36,610 bases of DNA from Octopus bimaculoides (lineage: Eukaryota): NCBI RefSeq assembly GCF_001194135.2, contig NC_068984.1, positions 3,178,778 through 3,215,387 on the forward strand, given 5' to 3'. Positions 22,725-35,323 of the stretch are shown here, in pieces. Position numbers and translations under genes: made by a program. The notes under the pieces were generated by a model. That model was given only the letters and a program-made list of their open reading frames with translations, made no database searches and was not told the origin of the DNA. Numbering within the stretch: the first letter of the stretch is position 1; each line of letters begins with the position of its first letter.

Positions 22725-23659
22725 CAGCGTGTGTGTTTTATATGTTTAGAAATACTTATCTTTAATTGTATGAATGTTTCTTTGTATGTGAATACGTATA
22801 GGAACAGCAATTCTTCTTCGTAACATTTAATATCGTTTCGCATGTATTTAACATAATTTATGCAATCTTACTTCAAATCATCAAACTTATTCTTTGATGT
22901 CAACAATATTACGAATGTATTTCTCTCGTTCCAAGACTGGAGGCTTCACCTTCTTTTCTTTCGTATTTCCTCGTTTTTACTTTCTCTTTTGCTGTGTCTT
23001 GTAACACGTCACATCAATACTTTCAACAACCGTAACATCCAAGGAAGTCAATGTTTAGCCCTTGTTTCCTGTCCCCAACGAATGTCATATGGAATTATCC
23101 ATAAACTGATTCCCAGACACAATATTATACTAATGGCCATTTCGATCATAGGATCAGTGACTTCACAGACCAATATTGTATCTATACAAACGAGCTCACA
23201 AATTATTCTAGTGCAAAAATAAGACTTAGACGTTAATAGCAAATCTGAAGTTCTCGTTCAAGTACAGTCAGCGGCCTTCACATGAAATATATTCATTCTC
23301 CCTTCCACCCTCACTGTTAATTCAGCCCTCACTTCCCCACTCAGGTGAACCGTATAGACTAAGGGGCGAAATGCTTGAAACCCTCTGCTACCTGCTGATG
23401 ATGCACAAGGGTTTCTAACATTGCAATGGATTTAGAAGAAGAGCATTCATAACCACTACTAAGCTCCTGCAGTTTCTGCGTGAGTCAAAAATGTTTACCA
23501 ACTGACATAGTTACTGTAACTTGATAAAATAAAGCGTCCCCTAAGGAACGATTGTGGTTGAGCATCTACATGCTTTTTGGAACTTGTATTGCAGGACTAC
23601 AAACAAAAATAATGGTGAAATGCGCAAAGCAACTTTAATATAAACTCGTCTTTATCCTT

Positions 23660-24018
23660 ATTATCCTGATTATTATTATTGTTCAGTAGTTTTATTCTTA
23701 TAACGTGCTTTCACTTCACTACCGAGCGCAGCTCTGTGCGCCTTGGGTATGTGCTGTGGTTTGCTGTGGTGCTCTTCTGTTTACTGTATTGAAAGTGTTT
23801 TGCGTAGAATGTGTGCAGTACCCAGTAGTGCAATTTTCTGTATGTTATATATATTTGTAAGTCCTGGTGTTTTTGTTATGTATTTGTCTGAATATTTTTT
23901 TATTATACCTAAGGCACCTACTATGATAGGAATTGTTTCTGTTTTTAAATTCCACATTCGAGTTATCTCTATTTCCAAGTCTTTGTATTTTGAAAGTTTT
24001 TCCATTTCTTTTAGAGAA
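23660..24018 (-). mobile_element. 3' end of a Dong/R4-like non-LTR retrotransposon (REL-endonuclease C-terminus, 3'UTR, (TAA)n tail); continues into the gap
   Basis: KEMEKLSKYKDLEIEITRMWNLKTETIPIIVGALG...IQKIALLGTAHILRKTL* is typical of the restriction-like endonuclease end of R2/R4-group elements; (TAA)n tail near 23668-23680. Confidence 0.85.
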
Positions 24019-24355
24019 NNNNNNNNNNNNNNNNNNNNNNNNNNNNNNNNNNNNNNNNNNNNNNNNNNNNNNNNNNNNNNNNNNNNNNNNNNNNNNNNNN
24101 NNNNNNNNNNNNNNNNNNNNNNNNNNNNNNNNNNNNNNNNNNNNNNNNNNNNNNNNNNNNNNNNNNNNNNNNNNNNNNNNNNNNNNNNNNNNNNNNNNNN
24201 NNNNNNNNNNNNNNNNNNNNNNNNNNNNNNNNNNNNNNNNNNNNNNNNNNNNNNNNNNNNNNNNNNNNNNNNNNNNNNNNNNNNNNNNNNNNNNNNNNNN
24301 NNNNNNNNNNNNNNNNNNNNNNNNNNNNNNNNNNNNNNNNNNNNNNNNNNNNNNN

Positions 24356-24397
<42 letters not shown>

Positions 24398-24582
24398 CAT
24401 GCATACACATATGTGTGTTTAAGTGTAAATAAATATATATATATGTATATTTATGTGTCTATATGTGTATGTGTGATACACAGGCATACAATTAAAGATA
24501 AGTGTTCCTAAACACATAAAACAACATTGGCTGAACATAGATCTATTCCGTACATGTGTAGACTACAGTATAATAATTTTTG

Positions 24583-24653
<71 letters not shown>

Positions 24654-24711
24654 NNNNNNNNNNNNNNNNNNNNNNNNNNNNNNNNNNNNNNNNNNNNNNN
24701 NNNNNNNNNNN

Positions 24712-24767
<56 letters not shown>

Positions 24768-25075
24768 CTCTCTCTCTCTTTCTTTCTTCTCTCAGTCTAA
24801 ACATTTTGATTCCGGATGGGTTCTGCTTATAAATTCCTCCCAACAATCTTGGAGATTCCGCACAGTTGAATAACCATCACCATTCCTCCCCAGACAAAAA
24901 GTTGAATATGCAGAACACATACATACAAACACGCGCGCGCGCGCGCACTAGCACATACACACACACACTTTCTCTCTCTCTCTCTTTCTTCCTCTCTCTC
25001 TCTTCCTCTCGCTCTCACGCATGCACACACATACATACACATATGTACATTCATTCACACACACACACATACACA

Positions 25076-25140
<65 letters not shown>

Positions 25141-25779
25141 ANNNNNNNNNNNNNNNNNNNNNNNNNNNNNNNNNNNNNNNNNNNNNNNNNNNNNNNNNNN
25201 NNNNNNNNNNNNNNNNNNNNNNNNNNNNNNNNNNNNNNNNNNNNNNNNNNNNNNNNNNNNNNNNNNNNNNNNNNNNNNNNNNNNNNNNNNNNNNNNNNNN
25301 NNNNNNNNNNNNNNNNNNNNNNNNNNNNNNNNNNNNNNNNNNNNNNNNNNNNNNNNNNNNNNNNNNNNNNNNNNNNNNNNNNNNNNNNNNNNNNNNNNNN
25401 NNNNNNNNNNNNNNNNNNNNNNNNNNNNNNNNNNNNNNNNNNNNNNNNNNNNNNNNNNNNNNNNNNNNNNNNNNNNNNNNNNNNNNNNNNNNNNNNNNNN
25501 NNNNNNTTCAATGCTATTTTCGTCCCACTACGTTTACAAACAAAGCCACCACCGCTGTAAGATTGTCGTCAATGTTTAACAACGGATCAGGTTTGTTGGT
25601 CTCAACGAATCGACTGAATGGCTTGAAAAACTGCGATTATTCCACCCTACATCCCTCCCCCCGCGGCTATTATGCCACCCTCCTCCCCACTCCCGCCGCT
25701 GCTATTATTCTCTCAACACGTTTTTGAAACACGTGATTACAAGAACTAACAAAAATAACATTTGTACACACGTACATAA

Positions 25780-25819
<40 letters not shown>

Positions 25820-26129
25820 TCACTAGCACACACAAAAATACACAGACGCTCACACATTTACACACATACTTTTATTTACGCACATTCACACAAACGCGTG
25901 TACACACACACACATTATAAAGCGCAAGAAACCAAGAGTAAAAATGTTGTTTTTAGTGAAAATGTGGTTCAAGAAAATATAAACAGAGAGGAACGCAAGT
26001 GGAGTGCAGTGACGGTTTGTTTCAACGGAGCAAATGGGAGGGGAGGCTCTGTTCTGACTTGCTAGAAATAACAACGAAATTACCCGCAAAACAAAATGTA
26101 CTTTCTCGTCCTTTTCAGATAGCAGAATA

Positions 26130-26800
26130 TACTTAAATCGTCATATTCTCTTGGATAAGGTTGTCGTAGTTTCAAATAGCGTGAGAGACTTAAGTGTAAG
26201 TATGGACAACGGCCTAAACTAGAGCACACACATCAATAATAGAATCAATATGGCCCGTAGTAAGTTCTCATGAAGCCTGAGAACTTTCCAGTTCAGAGAT
26301 TCTGATGCCGCCATTCTTCTCTGCATTTTTCTGGCCACACCTAATGCTGCCCATTATGGTCTTCATACGCGAAATAAAAAAATAAAAAAAGTTACGAAAG
26401 ATGAAGCCCTCAGAGATCGATCACAAAGTATAAATAAATATATGGTATGACGGGTTATCCCTATTGGAATCACTTCGGTCTTAAACACCAATATTATTTG
26501 TACAATGTGGAGAATATTCCCCAAAAATCAAAAACAGTTTAAATGATACTGATATCAAGTTTAAGAGTCATCCAAGGTTTGGCCCACGGAACTATACGCC
26601 CCTACAAAAATCAAACTCACATTACATCCCCACAATACGACTCAGTTTTTCACTCCAACTGGTTCTGCCCTATTCAACCATATATTCTGATAGAAGTCAC
26701 AGGAGAAAAGACCCCATAACATTCAAATGGTACCTGGATAAATTCCTTCAAGAAATACCAGACAAACCACTGACAACTGGATATATCTCAGCTGAAAGCA
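26130..26800 (+). pseudogene. Decayed CR1-group LINE ORF2 C-terminus
   Basis: VRDLSVSMDNGLN*STHINNRINMARSKFS*SLRTFQFRD from 26181 (both stops at expected Trp positions) and FKWYLDKFLQEIPDKP near 26723-26770; frameshifts in between. Confidence 0.8.
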
Positions 26801-26936
26801 TCTCCCTTTTTGAATGAATTAAGATATCGTTGCACGGACTTGTGCTTCGGGGTGGGGTGGGAGCTTTCTAGGTGCAATTTGACCATCCCCAAGTACAACA
26901 ACATATATATATATATATATATANNNNNNNNNNNNN

Positions 26937-27140
26937 AGAGAGAGAGAGAGAAAAAAAAATTAAGGTACTCAGAAATCTGGATGTTTGTACATTTACAGAT
27001 TTTTATTAATGTCACATATTAAATAAAACGCTTTTCACCTAGTCGTGTAGGATTTTAATATGTGACATTAATAAAAATCTGTAAATGTACAAACATCCAG
27101 ATTTCTGAGTACCTTAATTTTTTTTTCTCTCTCTCTCTCT
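26937..27140. repeat. Perfect 87-bp inverted repeat with 30-nt spacer
   Basis: 26937-27023 is the exact reverse complement of 27054-27140; the ORF track shows the same peptide start on both strands. Confidence 0.92.
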
Positions 27141-27155
27141 ATATATATATATATA

Positions 27156-27303
27156 GGTGCAGGAGTGGCTGTGTGGTAAGTAGTGTGGTTCTGGATTCAG
27201 TCCCACTGCGTGGCACCTTGGGCAAGTGCCTTCTACTATTGTCTCGGGCCGACCAAAACCTTGGGAGTGGATTTGGTTGACGGAATCTGAAAGAATCCTG
27301 TCG

Positions 27304-27335
<32 letters not shown>

Positions 27336-27530
27336 AATTTGTGTGTCTGTGTTTGTCCCCTAACCGTGGCTTGATAACCAGTGTTGGTTTCTTTACGGCC
27401 CCATATTATCAAGCGGTTCGGCAAGAAAGGGCCTGATAAAATAAGTTCCAGACTTAAAATAAGCACTGGAGTCGACGAAACCCTTCAAGGAGGTGCCCCA
27501 GTCCAATGAGTGAAACGAGTGAAAGATAAA
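27156..27530 (+). mobile_element. Octopus-type tRNA-derived SINE with internal (TG)n, near full length
   Basis: ggtgcaggagtggctgtgtggtaag...ttcagtcccactgcgtggcaccttgggcaagtg...; its 3' end matches the fragment at 9626-9750. Confidence 0.85.
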
Positions 27531-27577
27531 CGCCTTATAGAATGGTTATTTGTGTTAGATAATAGTTATTATTTGTT

Positions 27578-27783
27578 GGTGTAAGCGCGTGGCTTAGTGG
27601 TTAGGGTGTTGACCTCATGTTCGTAAGCTTGTGATTTCGATTCCTGAGCTAGGCGACGCGTTGTGTTTTTGAGCAAGACTCTTCATTTTAAGTTGTTCCA
27701 GTCTACTCAGCTGGCGAAAATGAGTAACCCTACGATTGACTGGCGTCCTATTCAGGGGTGTGGAATATATACGCCATTGAGAA
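27578..27783 (+). mobile_element. tRNA-derived SINE
   Basis: Perfect A box TGGCTTAGTGG (27590-27600), ttcgattcc B box, gactggcgtcctatt...gaatatatacgcc tail shared with the 6973 copy. Confidence 0.8.
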
Positions 27784-28107
27784 GATAACTTGACTTTATT
27801 ATTAGTTGGAAATATTTATGAGTATGGAGAGAGAGAGAGAGAGAGAGATGAAAAAGGTGTGATGTATAACAATGAAACTACTTTGAATCAGAAAATATTT
27901 CTTCACTGGTTGATTGTCGGTGTGAAAGAGGTTTGGTGCATAAGTATTGGAGCAGAGTGTGATGATGTTATAGTACTTTGACGTCCAATGTTGTAAGCGT
28001 GAAACAGTGCATATGTGTGTATATATGTATGTGTGTGTGTCCCACACAGAAGTTAAAACTCTGCGGAGTAATCAACTTTAGTGCTGAGGATAAATTTTGG
28101 TATAGGC

Positions 28108-28139
<32 letters not shown>

Positions 28140-28320
28140 GAGTCAGAAAGGAGGCACGCTAAACTTATTTTGACATTCATTCTATGTCTAGCAAATGCCT
28201 CATTTACAGACGAATGTTATTCATATTCAACAAGCTGAACACGATAATAATAATAATGATAATAATAATAATAATAATGATAATAATAAAAGTAACAATT
28301 GCATTCATATAATCTCTCTT

Positions 28321-28361
28321 TTTCAATTTTAATTTTCATGTTTTATTCTTTCATTTTTCAG
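28321..28361 (+). other. Candidate 3' splice site of a downstream (3'UTR) exon
   Basis: T-rich tract ending tcatttttCAG at 28361; AATAAA motifs follow (~28485, ~28730). Linkage to the 22605 donor is inferred only. Confidence 0.3.
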
Positions 28362-28698
28362 AATGTGTGAGCCCCACCCAAAATACAAACGAAAACTGAA
28401 AGAAAGACAGAGAAAAAAAGAAAGAAAAGACAAACAAAAAAAAGAAGTTTCTCTTCCATGACCCACTTAGAAAAATTCATGAACAATAAAAACAGCAACA
28501 GTAAGAACAACAACAACAGTCGTACTGAAAGAAGATGGGAGAGTGTTCGAATGAGGACATCGCAACTATTTTGACTTCAGGTTGAATAGAGAAAGAAAAA
28601 AAAATTATAATCTGTAGAATAGAAGATGATGTATTTGGAGAGTTTATCACCACACCTCACTGACTCTATTAACGGTAGCAGGGCGAAGAGCAAGGGGC

Positions 28699-28714
28699 AG
28701 GTCACAGAAGGTCA
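28699..28714 (+). promoter_or_regulatory. Perfect DR4 nuclear-receptor element AGGTCA-caga-AGGTCA
   Basis: Exact consensus half-sites with a 4-nt spacer; function unproven. Confidence 0.4.
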
Positions 28715-29451
28715 CAGTAGACATAGATAAATAAATAAAGTATAGAATCCAACAGGTAGCTGTAGAAACCATAGATATGTAAAAATGTTTAATTCGGAAG
28801 CTTATTGCCACAAAAAGAATGTCCACGATAAACCAGAAACTATACAGCAGATAAAAAAAACTGCAGCAAGCGTAACCAGAACAATAGCAATAAATAAATA
28901 TGTAAAGAGATTAGGGAATAGACGTTAGTGATTCGGAGGGATGTTAAGAGAAACTACAAGAAGTTCTAATGAAATTTAGAATAGGAACAAAACCTGATAA
29001 ACAAGTTAATAATCGATTGTTGATGATTAGATCGATAAAATTGATAGATAAGCAACTAACTAAAAGATATATTTGGAAGTAGAAATAACCAAATGTAGAA
29101 AGAGCAGCCATGATTTTCTAATCTACAGAGAAATAACATAAAAACATTAGAATTTCCGATTTATAGTGATGGATATTATTTATTTAAATATTGATAAAAC
29201 AAAAATGATTGGTGCTGCTGCTGCTGCTGCTGCTATTATTATTTGCATCTAAAATTAATTTCATTCACTTTCTCCAGGCTTTTTGGACCAAACTTTTCCT
29301 CCTTTTTTTCCTCCTTTTTACATTTTTATTTCTCATTTCATATTTCTTCTTCAATTTGCTGTCCTTAGATTATACATTAATAATTTCATTTGTATCAGTT
29401 TACCAACCAGATTAATTCCTCTTTACCAAATAGATACTTTTACAGCTACAT

Positions 29452-29515
29452 AAGATACAAGGCTCCATCTTTGGGATGTATGTATGTATGTATATATGTA
29501 CGTATTCATGCATGC

Positions 29516-29569
<54 letters not shown>

Positions 29570-29633
29570 GCGTGCATGAATACGTACATATATACATACG
29601 TACGTACATCCCAAAGATGGAGCCCTGTATCTT
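29452..29633. repeat. 182-bp near-perfect palindrome centred on (TA)24
   Basis: Base i pairs with 59085-i; only 4 non-Watson-Crick positions (29460/29625, 29481/29604, 29485/29600, 29513/29572). Confidence 0.92.
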
Positions 29634-30910
29634 TGTTGTAAACCGGTTCCCTCCTCAGTGGAAGATTTATAATAATCAAAAAGTAGAAGAGACATGCACA
29701 CACCCATACATACACCCATACATACATACATACATACATACATACATACATGCATACATATATACATGCAGAGTAGCTAGTCCTGGTAAATATCCAAACT
29801 ATAAAAAAAGATTACAATTTCACTCCTCTCTTTACTCTCCATTCTTCTATATCTCACCTCGCCCCTCTTCTGTTTCTATATAAAACGAATGTTATATTAT
29901 TTCTATATTTAAAAAACACAATTTTGTGTTTTCCTGTGACGCCTGCCGAGCCTAACAGAAACTCTCTCACAAAGTCCAACCTCTGTTAAATCCAAAATCC
30001 CTCGTCCAGTGTTGACGTTGTCATTGACTTACTAAACAAACGCCCCCTCTACCGTTAAACATCAAAGGTCAAGGGCCAATTGTAAGAAATTAAAACATTT
30101 TTTTTTCTTTTTTTCTTTTTCAGCTAACAATCCTCCGCTCATCAACATGAAAAATTGGTGAACTTTCTTTCAGAATTTTCAAAGTATTCTCCCCCCACCC
30201 ACCATTCGTATTTTGCTTGTGTGTATGTGTGTGTAGATTCTTCAGTCATTTTCTCTATTCTGTTTTGTTTTAGCATTTAACTATTTATTGAATATTTATT
30301 GATGTATATGTTTTCCTTCTACACATAATTTTATTTCCATATTGCCATATTCTTTTTAAATTTACCATTTTTCATTCTTCCAACATATTTCTAATTCATC
30401 TTCATGCTATTTTTACCTTTACCAAATATATATTAAATTTGAAATTGACTTTCTTCTGCTAATTATCACCTTTATTTCCGACACACACCTCCTTATAAAC
30501 ATAATTCTTTTCACCTCTTCCCCACTCAGTTAAGTAATTAATTTTAACACAATTAAAGGACTATTTGCTAAGATAATTGGATTAAATGGTCAGACAGAAT
30601 AGAAATGAATTAAAACCAAGTTGTAAATAAATGCACATCATACATACATATATATATAAATGTATGTACATATTCATATACTCATATATATATGGATACA
30701 CATAAGCACATATATGTAAATGCGCATACACAGCCACATATATTTACTCATATATTATAAATTAGCTTCACCCATTTTTTACCTAGTTTTCTTCTTTTTA
30801 TAAATGTAATCATATAAATACAATACGCATAATAACAATAATTTCATACATACATTGCATATTAGTGAGTGTATATATGTATATTACATTACAAAACCAG
30901 CTCCCTATAC

Positions 30911-30944
<34 letters not shown>

Positions 30945-31479
30945 NNNNNNNNNNNNNNNNNNNNNNNNNNNNNNNNNNNNNNNNNNNNNNNNNNNNNNNN
31001 NNNNNNNNNNNNNNNNNNNNNNNNNNNNNNNNNNNNNNNNNNNNNNNNNNNNNNNNNNNNNNNNNNNNNNNNNNNNNNNNNNNNNNNNNNNNNNNNNNNN
31101 NNNNNNNNNNNNNNNNNNNNNNNNNNNNNNNNNNNNNNNNNNNNNNNNNNNNNNNNNNNNNNNNNNNNNNNNNNNNNNNNNNNNNNNNNNNNNNNNNNNN
31201 NNNNNNNNNNNNNNNNNNNNNNNNNNNNNNNNNNNNNNNNNNNNNNNNNNNNNNNNNNNNNNNNNNNNNNNNNNNNNNNNNNNNNNNNNNNNNNNNNNNN
31301 NNNNNNNNNNNNNNNNNNNNNNNNNNNNNNNNNNNNNNNNNNNNNNNNNNNNNNNNNNNNNNNNNNNNNNNNNNNNNNNNNNNNNNNNNNNNNNNNNNNN
31401 NNNNNNNNNNNNNNNNNNNNNNNNNNNNNNNNNNNNNNNNNNNNNNNNNNNNNNNNNNNNNNNNNNNNNNNNNNNNNNN

Positions 31480-31510
<31 letters not shown>

Positions 31511-31528
31511 GCATGTATAGTCTGCTTC

Positions 31529-31590
31529 AAGGGAATTCCGTCTGACCCATGCAAGTGTAGAAATGTGGACGTTAAACGAGGAAGATGGTA
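31529..31590 (+). mobile_element. Second copy of the same 3' tail
   Basis: aattccgtctgacccatgcaag...aaatgtggacgttaaacga matches 18830-18875. Confidence 0.6.
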
Positions 31591-31843
31591 TGTATGTTTG
31601 CATGCAATATCTTATATTCATAATGCATAAAATCAATACAATGAAAAAAAGGACTCGGTACATATAACGAGTCACAAATTAATAGTAAAAATGGTTGACA
31701 GTTACATCGAAGTTTCGCCAGCGGTGACTTGTTTATACTTTCAGTCTCAATTAGTCACTATTAGCGAAAGTTTGATCTGTCAACATCCATATATACATAC
31801 ATATACACACACAAATTTGTGTATATATGTATGTACACATGCA

Positions 31844-31882
<39 letters not shown>

Positions 31883-32057
31883 GCACGTATATATTTGTAT
31901 ATACATTTATATATATATACACACTCACTTATTTATGCACATAGATATGTATATATATATGCATACACTGATATGCATACACACACATTGTACATATACA
32001 AACACATACAAACATGAAACTGTTTTAAAACATGAGAATATTTTGACAAAATGTCAT

Positions 32058-32105
<48 letters not shown>

Positions 32106-32805
32106 AAAAATGCTAAGCTGCACTTTCTTTTTCAGGTTTAGATATTCACCACAGTTCTAGTAATATTCCTACTTGAATTCAAATTAGACGTCATAGGAAA
32201 CGCGCTGGACATTATTATAATGTGCCGCCATATTGGATGTTTATGTTTCTATTTGTTTTAGAGCTGGTCTTCATTTAATTAATGGATTTTGCGTAGGAAG
32301 GGAATGTATTGTTTCTCCGAGCATCACTTACTGTAGGAAAAACAATGTGTACACAAAGAACNNNNNNNNNNNNNNNNNNNNNNNNNNNNNNNNNNNNNNN
32401 NNNNNNNNNNNNNNNNNNNNNNNNNNNNNNNNNNNNNNNNNNNNNNNNNNNNNNNNNNNNNNNNNNNNNNNNNNNNNNNNNNNNNNNNNNNNNNNNNNNN
32501 NNNNNNNNNNNNNNNNNNNNNNNNNNNNNNNNNNNNNNNNNNNNNNNNNNNNNNNNNNNNNNNNNNNNNNNNNNNNNNNNNNNNNNNNNNNNNNNNNNNN
32601 NNNNNNNNNNNNNNNNNNNNNNNNNNNNNNNNNNNNNNNNNNNNNNNNNNNNNNNNNNNNNNNNNNNNNNNNNNNNNNNNNNNNNNNNNNNNNNNNNNNN
32701 NNNNNNNNNNNNNNNNNNNNNNNNNNNNNNNNNNNNNNNNNNNNNNNNNNNNNNNNNNNNNNNNNNNNNNNNNNNNNNNNNNNNNNNNNNNNNNNNNNNN
32801 NNNNN

Positions 32806-32839
<34 letters not shown>

Positions 32840-32959
32840 TCACTCACACACACATACACAGACATATTTTGGCTGAGACCATATAGTCCATATATTTTGA
32901 AATTCTCCATTCTTCCTGATAACTCTGACCAGTTCCACAGCTGCATGGCTGACAAACCG

Positions 32960-33270
32960 TAATTTTATGGAGATGTCGTAGCTCCATCATCTCTTCTCAA
33001 GTTATAGGATCCCAATAAACTATAATATATCGCAATATCGATTATTCAGAATCACAGTTATCGATAATGGTATTGCTGGGTGTAAGTCGAAGAATTATCC
33101 ATAACATGCGAGAAGAATCTCTTGTCCAACGAATTACTTTTTTCAGAATATTGTTCGTATTAGCTTCCATAGGGTCGTTCACCTTCAGAACCTGCTGCTT
33201 CCATAATCTTTAAGTATGTCTTACCACAGTTGAGATGGTCTTTTATCGAAGTAACCTTACTAGTAAAAGC
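32960..33270 (-). pseudogene. Decayed Penelope-like reverse transcriptase N-terminal fragment
   Basis: Across frameshifts on the minus strand: DK..STVV, YLKIME, NDPMEANTNNILKK, SRMYG..LHPAIPL..IGSYN, in the order expected for PLE RT (DKGxxVV...DP...YGLPKxHKxxIPLRPI...GS). Confidence 0.5.
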
Positions 33271-35249
33271 AAAATATAAAGAGGAGGAGCATAAAAGATA
33301 TTTATTTATACACACGAACAGACTTGTTGTCTTCCATTGTGTTTTTGCATTTATGTATGTACCGTTGTATGCATATATACATACATGTATAGATAAATAG
33401 ATAGTTATAGATGTAACGTGTGCATATGTTTATGTAAGTGACTTTATACATACACTCACACAAAGTGTATATTTGACGCTTTACGAAAGTGAGCATATGA
33501 TGTCCTATGACACCAAGATATCTTGACATCATGTGACCTACTCAGTACATGATTTAGTTTGGTTACTGTAGTAGTTAAAACAATTATAATTGCAGAGGTA
33601 TACATACTTACACGTAATATAGAGGCACACACACATACATATTCACTCAAAGTCGTATCACGTATCACGTATCACACCTGTATTGGTGTAAGAAGATTAA
33701 TAAAGATTTAACGTAAGATATATCTTGTCATAAGCATATCTAATTAAAATATGAATTAATGATGTTTGGTCAGTGGCATGTTACGAGCTTTCTCACGGTG
33801 ACATCATTCACACACACTCACACACACACACCCATACACACATACAAGCATATATATGTATATATATATNNNNNNNNNNNNNNNNNNNNNNNNNNNNNNN
33901 NNNNNNNNNNNNNNNNNNNNNNNNNNNNNNNNNNNNNNNNNNNNNNNNNNNNNNNNNNNNNNNNNNNNNNNNNNNNNNNNNNNNNNNNNNNNNNNNNNNN
34001 NNNNNNNNNNNNNNNNNNNNNNNNNNNNNNNNNNNNNNNNNNNNNNNNNNNNNNNNNNNNNNNNNNNNNNNNNNNNNNNNNNNNNNNNNNNNNNNNNNNN
34101 NNNNNNNNNNNNNNNNNNNNNNNNNNNNNNNNNNNNNNNNNNNNNNNNNNNNNNNNNNNNNNNNNNNNNNNNNNNNNNNNNNNNNNNNNNNNNNNNNNNN
34201 NNNNNNNNNNNNNNNNNNNNNNNNNNNNNNNNNNNNNNNNNNNNNNNNNNNNNNNNNNNNNNNNNNNNNNNNNNNNNNNNNNNNNNNNNNNNNNNNNNNN
34301 NNNNNNNNNNNNNNNNNNNNNNNNNNNNNNNNNNNNNNNNNNNNNNNNNNNNNNNNNNNNNNNNATATTGTAATCAGAATACAAGGGATTTAGAGTTCGA
34401 TCTATCGGTTTTTAGTTTTTATTATTTATTTATTTTCTTTCATTCTGTTTTAAATTTTTTAAAATGGAGGCGTTTCCATGGATCGAAATCACTAGAAGAA
34501 ATCGATTTGAAATCAAATTAAAACTGAAATCAAAATTCAATAAAAGACAATTTTCTTTTTTCTTCTTCTATTTATTGATTTATTTTCCTTTCATATGACA
34601 TTAAAATCACTTTTCTTTTTCTTGATTACAATTTAATCAAGTTAAAAAATCTTACACAGAATTCTCTGAAACCGCAAATATGCACTTAGCTGCGTATATC
34701 AGCCACAAACTCACATCAATTACTCGTCAGCATTTATACACCAACTCTTCGAATTCCTTTCTTTATCTTCAATACCTTTCTCTCCTACTCTCCCGTAAAT
34801 TCTCTTTCTTTCTCTCCCTTCCTCTCTATCTTTCTCTATCGTTTTCTCTCTCTCTCTCACTCTCTCTCTATCTATCTCTCATTAATGAGTTCTTTTGATC
34901 ATCTCCCATTACAGAATATTTATTTAGTGGCATTTAACATTACGAAAATATTGATTACAAATATTGGTCATGATAACAACTGCTACAGAAATACCAAAAA
35001 CAACTGAAGAAAAACAAATTTATTAATTAGATTATAATAGTAATAACGAAGACAACGATTATGATGACGATGATGACGATGACGATAATGATGACGATGA
35101 TGATGATGATCATCATCATCATCATCATCATCATGATGATTGTTTCATTTTCTTAATATTCGAGCGGATTATTGTTCTAGTCCAAAAGACATGTAAATCT
35201 TTATAGAACGAACAATGAAATAACTTTCAGATATTTTATTATAAACTGA

Positions 35250-35253
<4 letters not shown>

Positions 35254-35320
<67 letters not shown>
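35254..35320. repeat. (TAA)n microsatellite; (TAC)n at 32057-32102
   Basis: Direct reading. Confidence 0.95.

Positions 35321-35323
<3 letters not shown>

Noticed and set aside
22860-23242. 120-aa ORF, and possible ancient RTE-LINE remnant on the minus strand
   Set aside because: No convincing motifs in a consistent frame.
23360-23415. CTGATGA and GAAA motifs inside an 8-bp inverted repeat
   Set aside because: Could not assemble stems I-III in any hammerhead topology.
29452-29633. Idea that the three A/G arm differences record A-to-I edited RNA copied back into DNA
   Set aside because: All three are at CpG sites and are more simply explained by CG->TG deamination in the left arm.
30124-30157. 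Possible 34-nt exon after a strong acceptor at 30123
   Set aside because: The acceptor is good but the donor (GTGAAC) is weak and there is no gene context; needs RNA-seq.
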